Of a stretch of 64,000 nt of DNA, positions 20,081-32,821 are shown one piece after another. Position 1 is the first letter of the stretch. Every line of letters starts with the position of its first letter. This DNA comes from Candidatus Altimarinota bacterium (lineage in GTDB: Bacteria; Patescibacteriota; Gracilibacteria; BD1-5; UBA6164): assembly GCA_035905775.1 (NCBI GenBank), contig JAMIGJ010000044.1, forward strand, positions 2 to 64,001. The letters run 5' to 3'. Below the pieces are notes generated by a model that saw only the letters and a program-made list of their open reading frames with translations, was not told the DNA's origin and searched no databases. The position numbers were made by a program, and so were the translations under genes.

Positions 20081-20757
20081 ATGATGGTTTTACGTAAATT
20101 TTTTCTGATACTGGTCTGCTTCTTGTTTCTCCTTTCTTGTGGTCAAAATACGAAAAATGTAAAAAATGAGAACACACAAGCAGATTCAATCCCCCAAGAA
20201 AGACGTATTTTTGCGCTTGGTGATTCGCTCACTGCGGGGTATGGGCTTGAACTGGAAGATGCCTATCCTGCTCAGTTAGAAAGTAAACTTACAGCTGCAT
20301 GATATAGATATAAGGTCGTAAATGCAGGGGTTTCTGGAAATACATCTGCTGAGCTTTTAGCTCGTATTGAGTGGACTCTCACTGATGCAAATCCTGAAGA
20401 TATCGTGATACTCGTGATAGGAGGAAATGATGGTCTTCGTGGATTGCTATCTCTGATCTCAAAAAAAATATTCTCTCGATGATAGAAATCATTCAAGCAA
20501 AAGAACTTACTCTCGTACTTGCTGGGATGCAAATCCCACCAAACCTCGGGCTTGCATATGCTCGTGATTTTAAAAATGTATATAGTGAAATAGTAGCAGA
20601 AGTATCAGATATATATTTTCTCGAATTTTTCTTGGAGGACGTTGCTGCAGTGAGAAAATATAATCTCCCAGATATGATACATCCAAACCGAGAAGGATAC
20701 CAAGTAATTGTAGAAAATGTGTTTGAATTTTTAGTTGATAATACGATAGTATGATAG
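20081..20757 (+). CDS. SGNH/GDSL lipoprotein esterase (TesA-like) with apparent -1 frameshift in an A8 run
   Basis: Lipobox LLSC, then GDSLTAG, GVSGNT and GGNDGL in one frame. MQIPPNLG and DMIHPN lie in the -1 frame. The switch falls at A8, 20461-20468. Confidence 0.65.
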
Positions 20758-21413
20758 AAATATATTCTCTGACGAAATCTTTTTCTACTCCTGAAAACGA
20801 AATACTCAAGCTCTTTGAAAATATGAATCTACGTTTTGAAACGTGAGATTTTGTAGCTCTGATGTGACCCAGTGGTCAATGAAAAACGACCTTTCTCAAT
20901 ATGCTATCTGGTCTTGAATCTGATTACACTGGGAGTATACAAATAGCTGATACCAAGCTTGAATCTCTCACAGAATCACAAAGAACTGCTTTTCGTGGAA
21001 AACATATTTCCTATGTATTTCAGGACTATAATCTTATAGATACGCTTACCGTCGAGGAAAATATCGATCTCGTACTTGATATTAATCACACAAAGAGACG
21101 ATATTCGACTGATGAAATCCTCACAAAAGTATGACTTCTCTCTAAAAAAAAGAGCTTTCCGAACCAACTTTCATGAGGAGAAAAACAAAGAGTCGCGCTT
21201 GCACGTGCGTTCGTAAGTGTGACCGATATCATCCTCGCAGATGAGCCAACGGGAAGTCTGGATGAAAAAAATGAGAAAAAAGTGATGGAACTCTTTCAAA
21301 CACTCTGGAAAGAGTCTGGAGTGACTCTCGTGATGATTACACATTCTGAGACAGTTGCATCTTATGCAGCAAACAAATATATATTAGCAGATCACACTTT
21401 TAAAAAATTATAA
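20751..21413 (+). CDS. ABC transporter ATP-binding protein (LolD/MacB type)
   Basis: Walker A G(TGA)PSGQG(TGA)KT, signature LSG(TGA)GEKQR, Walker B ILADEPT. Its start overlaps the previous gene (ATGATAG). Confidence 0.9.
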
Positions 21414-21417
21414 ACCT

Positions 21418-23808
21418 ATGTTTTCCTATTTTTTTAAATCTTTTTACAGAAATCATCTTTCTCTCATTATACGGATGTGGAGTATTATTTTTATAGCTGC
21501 ACTTGGCTTTATTATGACGCTCTCAGTAATAGAACTTGCGTATAATAAAATCCGTGCTGAGTCACGTATTTTACTCTGAGCTGATATCGTCCTGGAGCAT
21601 AGTCAAGATTTGACTGAAGAACAGAGAATTACCATGCAAGAGATACAAGATCGTTTTTGACTGGAGTATACTTCGATTTTGGAGTTTGATACGAATTTGC
21701 TTTTTTGAGATTCAGATGTTCCAGAGCTCACAGAAATAAAGCTTATCTCGGGAGTATTTCCACTTTTTGCTGACTGAGTCGATCTCTCACAGGGAATAGC
21801 CGTTTCTGATGCAGTACGAGAAAAATTATGAACCTGACAAACGATACGTATCGCAGAGAAAGATTTTAGGGTGAGTGAAACTATCCCTGCAGAGCAAATT
21901 GTTGGATTTTCACTCTTCACGCAAGGCAGAGAAATCTGGATTCAAAATACTCCCTGAGTTTTTGATATGCTTTTTAGTCCATGAGCACGTCTTGAGTATG
22001 AATATCTGTTTGCAGTACCAGCAGAAACATTTGATGCTGTGAAAGCAGCCTTTGAAGAAAAGAAAGATGTATTTTGAGGATGGAGGGTACGCGATATCGA
22101 AAATCGAGAAGAACGAATTACCGATGCACTCTGAGAACTGGAACTTTTTTTACAAGTATTTTTACTCTGTTCTACTCTCGTGACGCTCCTCTCTCTCTAT
22201 TTTTCGCTTGAAACCTTTCGTCTTCAAGAAAAGAAACATTATACTCTGTTTGTGATTTTAGGATATTCGCGTTTCAAAGCTGCGATAATTTTACTGGTGA
22301 TGATACTCATCCTGTTTCATAGCGCATTTTTGCTCGCACTTTTTGCTTGTTGGTTCATATTTTTGTGACTGTGAGATATTGCTCTCTTGCAGTGACTGAC
22401 TCTGAGCGTTGAAACGCTCATTACGAGTTATACTGCTCTTATCTGTATTGTATGTTTTGCAGGATATTTGAGTCTCTATAAACTTTTTTTTCTTCCAATT
22501 CGTCTTCTGATGCGCTCTGAGGAAGTATTTTCAAACCTAAGACAAAAAATTATTTTTGGAAGTATCATATTTTTCTGAATCACCCTTCTTGCTCTGATTT
22601 TTTCTCAAAATGTATTTCAGGCATTTCTTATCAGTGGAGGGATATTTGCTTTTTGTATCATTTTAGGATGATGTATGTTTCTTGTATATCAGACTTTATT
22701 TTTGGGAATTCAAAAATATAGGAAAAAATATTTTCCTCTCTATCATACGCTGCGAGCACTCATACGACCCAGAAATATGACGCTTCTCATAAGTCTTCCT
22801 CTCATTATCATCTTTTCCGTTTTGTATTTTTTGATCGTATTTGCGTTTGTATTTCTCGATGTGATGAAGCTCGAAACGAAAAATTCGGATTATTTTTTCC
22901 TCAATATCTCAGAAAGCTCAGCTCAAACTCTTGGGGAACAGTATAGAGATATAGATCTTTATGATATTCTCTTGGCTCGTATCATCGCAATTAATGAGAG
23001 TTCACTTCAAACGCATTTAGGACAAGAAAAACCAAGTTGAGAATTCAGTCGAGAATTTAATCTGACCACCCATCCACTTCCAGAAAATCCATTTTTTGTT
23101 GGAAGTGCTTTGACGCAGAGCTGAGTTTCTCTCGATGAAGATTTTGCAAAGAGATTATGAGTGGAACTATGAGATAGGATTACTTTTCTCCTCTCAGGAC
23201 GAGAGGTGACATTTGAAATCCAAAATCTCCGTAGGGCAGTCAGAGATGATTTTTGACCTTTTTTCTATTTTCAAATTCGCAGTGAGGATGTAGCGTGACT
23301 TGGAAGAAATTATTTTGCAACTTTACCTTCTCCAGAGAGGGATATCACCACTTTGAAACAAGATCTCTTTCACATATCTCCTACGATACAGCTCATTGAT
23401 GTACGAAATACGCTTTGAGAGATAGAGGGAATATTTCATCTTATTTCCCAAACAGTGTGAGGCATACTGATCTATACTCTCCTTTTTGTATATCTCTTGC
23501 TGACGGTATCTCTCAGGGTATTATCAGATTTGAGAAAACCAGAAGTAACGATACTCTATACTCTCTGAGCCTCAAAAACCTTTTCTGAGAGATTTCTTCT
23601 CTATGAATATAGTTTTTTACTTCTTTTTTCTGCTCTTTTTTCTCTCATTTTAGGGACTTGTACGGTGAGTATATTTTTATTGCAGTCAAGTTTTTTTGTA
23701 TTTGAGTGGAAATTTTTATTTGCAGGATATGGAGTAGTATGACTTGGAGTCTTGCTTTTATTTTTGCCATTTTTCCCTCAATTTTTTAGATTTTCACGAA
23801 AGATATAA
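21418..23808 (+). CDS. FtsX-family ABC transporter permease (large two-module type)
   Basis: 796 codons in a single frame with about 27 TGA and no TAA/TAG (all lines checked). Multiple TM blocks. Immediately follows the ATPase gene. Confidence 0.8.
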
Positions 23809-23810
23809 AC

Positions 23811-24707
23811 ATGAATTTTCAAGAAAAAATACAAACATTTCTCGAAACAATATCACAAAAGCCAAAACTCATCGTGATCTATGGTCCTACAGCCTGTGGG
23901 AAAACAGCGCTGAGTATCGAAATCGCACAGATGCTCCAAACGGAAATTATTTCGACCGATAGTAGGCAGATATTTTGCGGTATGGATATCGGGACGGGAA
24001 AAATCACTGAAAGCGAAAAACAGGGGATAGTGCATCATATGCTAGATATCGTGACTCCAGATCAAGAATATACGGTTGCAGATTTTAAAAAAGAAGCAGA
24101 AAATCATATTGAGACACTTCTGAAATCCTGAAAAATTCCTCTCCTTGTCTGAGGAACTGGGCTCTATATCGATGCACTTATCTATGAAAATAAAATTGGA
24201 GTGATGCCCAGTGATCCGGAACTTCGACAAAAGATAGAAGTGATGCCCAGTGATGAGCTCTACGAAACACTCCAAAAGATCGACCCTGAATACGCAAGTG
24301 AACTGCATCCCAATAATCGTCCCTACCTCGAACGAGCTCTAGAAATCAAACTTCTCACGGGAAAATCAAAGAAAGATTTTAGACAGGAAAAAGTCCTCAA
24401 GTATGATGTACTTTTTCTCACTCCCTATGATGGAGACAGAGAAAAACTCTACACAAGAATTAATACGAGAGTACAAGAGATGTTTGAGCAGAGGCTTGAG
24501 CAGGAAGTACGATGATTGATAGAACAATGATATAGAGAAAATGATTTTGGAATGCGAAGTATTGGCTATCAAGAATTTTTCCCGTATTTTGCAGGAGAAA
24601 TTTCGATCTGAGAAGTAAAAAATAAGATACAACAATATTCTCGAAATTATGCAAAAAGACAACTTACTTGGTTTTCAAAATATACAAAAAATATATCTGA
24701 ATTATAA
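23811..24707 (+). CDS. miaA: tRNA dimethylallyltransferase
   Basis: Motifs GPTACGKT, STDSRQIFCGMDIGTGK, LVG(TGA)GTGLY and RNYAKRQLTWF. 5 in-frame TGA. Confidence 0.9.
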
Positions 24708-24860
24708 GATTTCAAAGTCAATATATTTTTCAGATGATTTTTTTGTGAGGAGATACAAAATATGTTATTGTACTCGTGCATATTCTTTCTTGAGAAATAC
24801 TTTGATTTTTGCGAAAGCCACAATATACTTTTACAAAGCATCTCTTACTTTTCAAAAAAT

Positions 24861-25154
24861 ATGAATATCAAACTTGAAAAACTCTTTGAAACATACCAAT
24901 TTTCTCCAAAAGATCGATATGATTTCTTGCAAATATATAACTTACTCCCAGACTATAAAAAGATAAAAGTAATAGAGTCATTTGAAGAAATAGCAAAAAA
25001 ATTAGATATTTTGCGTGAAAATCTTCATCTCGAGCAAGAAATACTTTTTGGGAAAACACTAGAAAACATTGAATCGAGGCTTGAGGCACTCCATCGAGCA
25101 AAAATCTTAGAAGGCAGCCAAGGACAAAGAGAGCTTCTGCGTCAAAGCTTTTAA
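24861..25154 (+). CDS. hypothetical helical protein (97 aa)
   Basis: ORF from ATG 24861 to TAA, charged and helical in composition. No family recognised. Confidence 0.55.
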   Translation: MNIKLEKLFETYQFSPKDRYDFLQIYNLLPDYKKIKVIESFEEIAKKLDILRENLHLEQEILFGKTLENIESRLEALHRAKILEGSQGQRELLRQSF

Positions 25155-25195
25155 GAAAAAATACAAAAATACAAATATAACTTAATTCCACAGAT

Positions 25196-25480
25196 ATGGC
25201 AGTGAGCGCAGGACTCCAAAAATATTTTGACTCACGACGTGGGAAAAAAGACGATACTCAGGCTCGACTTGATGCTCTTGCAGGACAGATAGACCCTGCT
25301 TTTGCACAAAGTTTTTTAGACTTTCGAGCAAAAATCCTCGGGATTATCGAAGAACATCCTGAAGAAACTCCTGTAATTTTGGAAGAAATCGAGGAACTCG
25401 ATCAGACACTCCAGACTCGAAAACGAGTTCATAATCTCAAAAAAGCACAGATAATGCTCGATATCGCAGATGCCGTATAA
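25196..25480 (+). CDS. hypothetical protein (94 aa)
   Basis: Clean ATG to TAA ORF with an acidic helical composition. Confidence 0.55.
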   Translation: MAVSAGLQKYFDSRRGKKDDTQARLDALAGQIDPAFAQSFLDFRAKILGIIEEHPEETPVILEEIEELDQTLQTRKRVHNLKKAQIMLDIADAV

Positions 25481-25492
25481 AAAATCAGGAAG

Positions 25493-26140
25493 CTACACTT
25501 CTATATTTTTTTTCCCAAAGGTACATTCCTCACGCATCGGACATACTCCACACTTTGGATTTCTTGCAGTACAGTGATAGCGACCGAAAAGTACGAGCGT
25601 ATTATGTAGGGGAGCGAGATCAGTAGCATCAAATATGGATGCTGCTTTTTTATCGGTCTCGAGGGGAGTTGTTGTCTTAACGATACCGATACGATTGAGG
25701 ACTCGGTGAACGTGCGTATCAACTCAGAGGTAGGGAGCTTTTTCTGTCACTGAGAGAAATACTTTTGCCGTTTTTATCCCCACTCCAGGAAGTTTTACGA
25801 GCTCCTCAATCGTTTTTGGAGGCTTACTGGCATGTTTTTCTATGAGTATCTCACAGGTTTTAAAGATATTTTTGGCTTTATTGTTAAAAAAACTCACTGA
25901 GTTGATGAAATCAGTTATTTCCTCAATTCAGAGCTTGACTCCATCTTCAGGAGTCTGTAAAAAACGAAAAAAGTTTCGATTGATAATATTTACCTGCTTA
26001 TCGGTTGCCTGAGCAGACATGAGGATCGCAATCAGGAGCTGAAACTCATTTTCATGATAGAGCTCCGTTTCAGCATTGGGAAACATTTCAAAGGCCGTTT
26101 TTTTCAGTGCTTCGATTTTTTGTTTTATTTTTGGAGTCAT
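25493..26140 (-). CDS. nth: endonuclease III
   Basis: HhH-GPD motif LVKLPGVGIKTA, VDTHVHRV, and the Fe-S motif CTARNPKCGVCPMREEC. 2 in-frame TGA, TAG stop. Confidence 0.9.
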
Positions 26141-26205
26141 AGAACTTGAGTGGAAAATATTGTATGTATTTTATAGAAAAAATGAGTAATATCTAGAAAA
26201 AATAA

Positions 26206-26256
26206 CTATTCCTATCTTAATTCTTTCCTTTTTGATAAAAGGAAAGAGGCTACAAA
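26206..26256 (-). repeat. PE-1 palindromic element copy
   Basis: The minus strand reads TGTAGCCTCTTTCCTTTT-ATCA-AAAAGGAAAGA followed by ATTAAGATAGGAATAG. Confidence 0.65.
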
Positions 26257-26258
26257 AT

Positions 26259-27059
26259 ATGTACACGCAAGATTTTTACATCACTAGGCCAGTGTGAAAT
26301 AATGCTTTTTCCTATCATGAAAGAAAAAATAAAAAGCTTTTTGTTCCTACAATCAAAAAGATAGAGAGTTTTGATGATATAAAGCTTTTGAATCTCAATA
26401 CAAAAAATATCACTTTTGAAGATTTTGATTTTGATGGAAAACTCCAGACCTGCTTTGGACTCAAGAATTTGTATGAACTCAGTTTCTCGTCACTACAGCC
26501 CTCATCACAATTCTTCTCCTGCCAGGAGAGAGAGCAAATACAAAAATCTATACCGATATATATTGTAGATAACCACAATCATGTGTTTTATTTTTGGTAT
26601 TTGGCTCGTGAGCGGGGAATCATCTCAGACGGAGCTCTCCTCTATCATGTTGATGAGCATGCAGATATGCGAGACCCCCAAGAGTATCTCATGAAGCCCG
26701 ATTCACAGGATTTAGAAAAGGTTTTTGAATATACCAATTTTTTCCTCAATGTTGGAAATTTTATCATTCCTGCAATGAAAGAATGACTGATTGGAGAAGT
26801 AGTACAAATTCGCAGTGAAGGGGCACTCAATGCATATCTAGAGTCCGGACTCCAAAGAGTCCGGACTCGGTGAGAGTCAATTATTCTCAACCTCGACCTT
26901 GATTTTTTTGAACCAGAACTCGACTACATCGAATTCGAACTCAAAAAGCAGGTGATACTCGATATCGCAGCTAAAGCAGACCTTATCACGATTTGCACGA
27001 GTCCATTTTTTATAGAACAGGAGAGAGCAATCAGAGTTTTGAAAGAAATATTCCAATAA
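26259..27059 (+). CDS. hypothetical protein, UPF0489-like (DNHNH motif)
   Basis: IYIVDNHNHVFYFW...HVDEHADM. ATG 26259 is joined through 3 TGA. Contains the twin palindrome at 26841-26868. Confidence 0.55.
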
Positions 27060-27060
27060 A

Positions 27061-27089
27061 AAAATCTGAGAAATTTCTCAGATTTTTTT
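27061..27089 (+). terminator. Rho-independent terminator
   Basis: Stem ATCTGAGAAA/TTTCTCAGAT followed by a T-run. Confidence 0.7.
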
Positions 27090-27145
27090 GTAATTTCATC
27101 TCCCTTGATAAGGGGAAAATTGTGAGGGGTTTGAGATTGCGAGAA
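27088..27145 (+). repeat. PE-1-related palindromic element (variant)
   Basis: TCTCCCTTGATAAGGGGAAA followed by ATTGTGAGGGGTTTGAG. Confidence 0.45.
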
Positions 27146-27159
27146 TGTGAAGTATTTTT

Positions 27160-27696
27160 TTACTCCTTTGGCATGACAGCCTCTATCGCTCCAAATGTCG
27201 CTTCTTTTCAAGCTGGGATAAGGACTGTGACGGTATCTCCGATTTCAGCCTTGAAGTGCGTTACTGCTGCAGTAAGAACGTCGTAAGCTACTCCATCAGA
27301 TATGACTTGGTAGCGACCATTATTTTGAGAGAGCAGTCAGATACGAGTTTCGCGCTCAATTTGTTTGATTTGTTTATAGAGCATTTTTCCACTTCCGTCG
27401 ATCGTGAGTTTCATACGATCTCCTTGCACGAGTTTTGACTTACTCGCATAGTTTACTGGGACTGGATAGTGATTTTTATCTACTCCGAGCATATCCTCAC
27501 CTGTAAAGACCCCTTCGATAATCTTAGAATCCCCACTTTCATATTTCGAGAGCCCTTTGGTATCGAGTTCCAAAGACGAATTCAAATCAATATTTTCTTC
27601 TTCAAGAATTTCTTTGAGGAGTTTCTTGGCATTTTTGAGAGATTTTTCTGCCGTGTCGATAAAGTCTCTTATGGCTTGGATACGTTTTTTGGTCAT
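27160..27696 (-). CDS. hypothetical protein (178 aa)
   Basis: Track ORF 27337-27696 extends through 2 TGA to TAA at 27160-27162. Coiled N-terminus and a beta-rich C-terminus. Confidence 0.65.
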
Positions 27697-27777
27697 ATTT
27701 GTATATTTATTTTTATAAGTATGTATCTATTGTATGTAAAAAAGAGTTTTTTGTAAATAAACAGAGCTTTACTTTCT

Positions 27778-28782
27778 CTAAAAATACCACGCTATAAAGC
27801 TTGAAATCTGGGGATGAAAAAAGAGAACACAGAGATATCCACTTGCGATAAATGGTCCAAATGGAACTTGAGTTTCAAGACCGGTTTCACGGGTTTTTTT
27901 GAGACGAGCTTGTATGAGAATAATTATCCCAAGAATACTTCCGATAATATAACACAGCATCCAAGCAGGGAATGCAAAACTTACTCCAACAAGCAGTCCC
28001 ATAAGTATCGCGATTCTTAGATCTCAGGCCCCCATCCAGCGTCATCCAGAAACGATGATTTGTAAAAAAAATGAGATATATACCCCAAGTGCCGCAAGAG
28101 TTCCAGAAAGCAGAGCAGAATCTCGATAAGATACGTCAAAAAAATACATATACACTCATAAACCGATACATACCCCTGCTACGATGAGACAATCGTATAT
28201 TTCTTTGAGACCCGCAAGAAAGACAAAATATAAGGCTCATAGGACTCACATACATACGAGAAAAGTCACAATATCAAAATTTCACACAGGGAAATAGGGA
28301 TAAATAACAATTCAAAAACCTTGAAGGATTAAAGCTCCAAATGCTCCAATATTTGCAATAAGTAAAACACTTTCAGGAATTTCTAAAAAGAGAATATCGT
28401 AAAAACTATAGACCACGGTGAGAAATACGATACTCAGAAAAAACAGAAGTCTTGAGATTTCTCTAATATCTCACGAAAATATAAGCGCAGGATCAATCAT
28501 GAAATATCACACAGCAGCAAAAAGTGCCCCAGTCGCAAGCTCTAAAGCAGGATAAATAGGAGAAATTCTTGTTCTACAAGACTGACACTTTCCTCATTGA
28601 AACAGCCATGAAAATAAGGGAATCAGTTCTGATGCTCAGAGTGTATGTTGGCACTTCGGACAGTGACTTCGTCCCGTCATAATCCCACCTTCTCCGCTTT
28701 TGAGTCGATACACCAGTACCGATGCAAAACTTCCAAAGAGTGTTCCTAAAATGAAGAGAGAAGTGTAAAAAAAGAGGTTCAT
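27778..28782 (-). CDS. pilD: type IV prepilin peptidase (A24)
   Basis: Motifs CPKCQ...CQSC, GAGDLRI and VPFGPF, with multiple TM helices. 13 in-frame TGA; every triplet checked for TAA/TAG. Confidence 0.85.
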
Positions 28783-28837
28783 GAGTTTCAGAGCTAAAAA
28801 AATATTTTTTCAAGTATATGAAAAATTAAAAAAACTC

Positions 28838-28996
28838 CTACATTTTCGGAGTTTTTTGTCTGCGACATCTCTCGCTACAATACAGTACTTGCTCAAAATT
28901 GTTCTTCCATTTTTTACGTATCGTAAAAGGCTTCTGGCACACTTTGCAGAGCTTTGCTTCTTTGAGTTTTCATCTATCGAGCAGTTTCATAATCAT
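28838..28996 (-). CDS. DUF2256-like small zinc-binding protein
   Basis: [30 protein letters not shown]. Its start overlaps the photolyase 3' end by about 20 nt. TAG stop. Confidence 0.65.
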
Positions 28997-30374
28997 CTGA
29001 TTTGTAGAGTTCTCGAGCCTTGTGCGTCTCGATGCGATGGTCAACTATTGTGGGACAATACGAAAGAGGAATTTCGAGAGGATTATGGATTGCTTTTACA
29101 CTTTCAAACTCGAGCTGCGGGATATATTTTTTGATAAACGTTGCTTGTGTATCAAATTTTTCACTTTGCAGCATCGGACTAAAGACTCGAAGGGGTTTTG
29201 GATCAGCTCCCACACTTGCTGACCATTGCCAGTTTCCGAGGTTTACTGCCTCGTCATAATCGAGCAGTTTTTCTGCAAAGTATCGTTCTCCGAGTCTCCA
29301 GTCGATATGCATATCTTTGGTGAGAAAACTTGCAACCACCATACGAGCCCGTCCATGCATCCAATTTGTTTCGTTGAGCTGTCGCATCGCAGCATCTACG
29401 ATAGGATATCCAGTTTCTCCACAGCACCATTTTTGAAACATCTCTTCATCTTGAGACCACTCAATATGCCTTCGTTTTTCCTGAAATTCTTCGTTTTTTG
29501 TGTTCGGAAAATAATAGAGAATGTGCCACCAAAACTCTCTCCATGCCATTTCTGAAATAAAATGCTCTGCTCCACGAGTCCTATCAGCTCCATCATGTCC
29601 ACTTTGTGTGGCATCCAGTTCTCGAAAACTTTCAAGAGCTTGTTTATAAATCTGTCTCACCGAAAAAACTCCAAATCTGAGATAGGGAGAAAGTCGGGAT
29701 GTCCCATCTTTATCGAGATCATTTCTCACATCACTGTAATTTCGTAAAATATGTTTTTCAAAACGCTCTTTTCCAAAATCCATTGTAAAATAAGAATGTT
29801 TTTCATGAGCTATGAAATCTCAAGCTTGTGTGTGATCTTCACTGTCGAGTTGAGAAAAATACTCAAGTTTTGGAAGTATCTTGAGTGATTCAGGATGAGC
29901 TCTGAGATATTTTTGCCAGAGTTTATAGTAAGGAGTAAATACCTTTCTTTGCTCGATTTCCTGAGGTTCTACAAGGAGAAAGTCTTTGTGCGATTCAAAC
30001 TTGCATCAAAAAAAATGAATCTTTTCCGCAACGAGTTCATCACGTTTTTTTCCATACGTTCCATAACTCGTATTCGTAAATACACACTCGATACCGTATT
30101 TTTTCACGAGTTCTGGTATGATTTCTTCTGGTTTTCCTTTCAAAACGATCACTTTTTCTCCTCAGATTTTTTTGAGATTTTCTGAAAGAGTATCAAGTGC
30201 TTCTCGGATAAATCAAAACTTGATGTCAGAGAGTCCTCAAAATTTCTCAAGCAAATGCTCATCAAGGATAAATATCGGGAGAATATTTTCTGAGTTTTGT
30301 ACAGCTTCAAAGAGTCAGGTGTTATCATCGAGACGCAAGTCTTGCCTGAACCAGAATATAGATTTTTTATACAT
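28974..30374 (-). CDS. phr: deoxyribodipyrimidine (CPD) photolyase, class I-like
   Basis: Motifs IFWFRQDLRLDDN, SRLSPYLRFG, WREFWWH and GYPIVDAAMRQL...WMHGRARM...NWQWSAS. 466 aa, 7 in-frame TGA, TAG stop. Confidence 0.9.
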
Positions 30375-30699
30375 AATTTTGCGTGAGTTTACGAATATAT
30401 TTTTTTTCTCATTGTGCAATTTTCTCTCCATCTTGAAAGAGGATTGCTTGTAGTGTATCAGAATCAACTCGGATGAGGGTGCATTTCCACTGCTTTGCGA
30501 TACAGACTTTTTCCCACAGATTTTCGAGATTTACGCGGTCCTTATGAGTGATTTCAAGATATTTGTTTTTCAGAGCCCGTTCGTATTTTGCTTCTTCGTA
30601 GCTATAGAGATGATGAGGAGTTCCACGGGATCCGATTTTTGCTCCCGATTTTTTTCCACGTCGCAGCTTATCGATATGTTCGAGTTTTATTTTTGTCAT
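30367..30699 (-). CDS. hypothetical protein (110 aa)
   Basis: ORF 30409-30699 extends through one TGA to TAA 30367-30369, overlapping the photolyase start by 8 nt. Confidence 0.55.
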
Positions 30700-30701
30700 A
30701 C

Positions 30702-30983
30702 CTATTGCTCATCTAAATAAAGAGTCACCTCAACCATATCTCCAGCTCATTTGTGAATATATTTTCGTATCTCCTCATTAATAGAAAGAAGTTTATCCTG
30801 TCCGTTTATAGAAAAAAGATTTTTTGATCGAATTTCATAGCTGTCGATGTATCAAGAAACTTTCGTATATCCCCAGCGAACGTAGAGTTCTTGAGTATTT
30901 GGGATTTGAATATGATAGGTCCATGCTCATTTTCATGGAGCATAGATGAGTTCCAAATATGTATTTTTTATGAGATAGTTCAT
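30702..30983 (-). CDS. DUF1905-like protein
   Basis: Found only in code 25 (6 TGA). GKGAWTYHIQIP...GYIDSYEI...GAGDMVEVTLYLD. Its start overlaps the upstream gene's end. Confidence 0.65.
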
Positions 30984-31156
30984 AATCTTTTTTCTTTTGA
31001 TTTCCAAGTACCACCGTAGACATAATATACTCATTTTTTCAGAGAAAGACAACATTTTCCGCAGACAAATATCCAATTTTTTCCTTTTTCTTTTTGTATT
31101 CGATAGGCTTGATGGAGGTCTGCTTTTCCACAGTGTTCACAGATTTTTGGAGTCAT
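30968..31156 (-). CDS. small zinc-ribbon protein (62 aa)
   Basis: CEHCGK...CGKCC. ATG lies 5 nt after the upstream stop. 2 in-frame TGA. Confidence 0.5.
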
Positions 31157-31161
31157 AGAGT

Positions 31162-32682
31162 TTAAAAAAGAGATATTTGGAGTGTTACGGAAGTCTTCTT
31201 CGGTATTTTTTTGCGTCCACGGAACACTCGGCTTCCGTGTTTTTTATATATTTTTTCTTTGAGTTCTTTTGGGAGAACTCATTTGGTTTCCCAGAGGATT
31301 TTTCGAGCCTGTCTATTTGCTTCTTCTATATCTATGATTGCTTGAGGATACTCCAAGCTTTCAAAATGTTCCCATTTCCATGGTTCATGGAGACACTCTT
31401 TGGGAACTTTTTGGAGTTCGGGAATATATTTTCGAATGAGTTTCCCATCGGGATCTTTTTCACGACCATTGAGGACAGGATTATAAATACGTATGGTATT
31501 AATTCCACTGGTCCCTGCCTGCATCTGGAGCTGACTGTAGTGAATTCCAGGTTCATAATCGAGAAAGAGCTTCGCAAGTCTCCCTCAGATAGTCTGCCAA
31601 GGTTGCATACAGGTATTACACAAAAAACTCGTCAGAATGGCTCGACTCCGAAAATTGCACCAACCAGTAGCTTGCAGCTGACGAATCGTTGCATCAATGT
31701 AGGGGATGCCTGATGTTCCTGTAAATACTCTTTCGACGAGTCCTTCATCTGCTTGGCTGCGTATCATATCAAAGGCAGGATTAAGGTTTTTCCACTCGAT
31801 GCTGGGCTCATCCTCGAGTTTTTGGATAAAGTGCGATTGCCAATGCAGTCGTGCGAGAAAAAAATCAAGTTGTTTGATGAACCCTTTTCCACTTTCTCAG
31901 GGGAGAGTTTTGAGTTCTTGGATGCGTTTTTGGGTTTCCTGATAGATATATTTGACCGAGAGACAGCCAAACGCGATATAGGGAGAAAGTCGTGAACAGG
32001 AGTCTTGGGACTCAAAAGGTTTTGAAATATGATAGCTATAGTTTTTTGCTCGATTCCATAGAAAATCATCAAGGACTTTTTTCCCAACATCTTCTCCTCC
32101 TGCTTGAAATCATTTCAGGTCTTGTATTTTTTGTGCAAAACTCCGAAAGGTTTGTTGTGAAAGTATTTCGAACTCTCCAAGCTCCAGAGAGAAGCTACAT
32201 TTTTGAGGTGCAAAAATTTCTTCATGCATCCGAGTATTCCAGATACGCGACCATACATCTCTACTTTTGAGCCTTCTCACGACTCCATTTGTAGGATATT
32301 CTTTGAGTCGAATATGCTGATCTTTACAGAATTCAATTACTTTGAGATCTCTCTGAAACGTTAGAAAGTTCCCAGTTTCCTCATGAGAAAAGATTTTTGT
32401 GATATCATAGTGTTTTTGTAAAAAGGAAAAACCTTCTAGAGCTTCGTAAGGAAGAGTAATGAGAGGGATATTGTATTTTTTGAGATTTTTTTTGAGAACT
32501 GAGAGACTTTCGCAGACAAATTTGAGATGTCTCTCGCTCGAGTCTGGAGCTTCAAGAATGGAGTTTTCAAAAAAATATACCCCAAGCGTTGGGATATCCG
32601 GCTTGAAATTTGCCAAAATCTCGTTATCGTGAATACGAAGATTTTTTTTAAACCAGATTATTTGTATTTTTTCTCGTTTCAT
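31162..32682 (-). CDS. cryptochrome/photolyase-family flavoprotein (second paralog)
   Basis: Motifs IIWFKKNLRIHDN, SRLSPYIAFG, ARLHWQSHFIQKLEDEP, GIPYIDATIRQL and IHYSQLQMQAG. 506 aa, 5 TGA, all triplets checked. Confidence 0.85.
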
Positions 32683-32821
32683 GCACGAAGCTCAAATTAT
32701 ATTATACCACCAGTTGCGAGAGGATTATATATATTCAAAATATACTCATATTATATATATCCATCATACGGGAAAAATCAAGTTTCAGTGAAATAATTTG
32801 AACCTCAATGTTCATAGCAAG

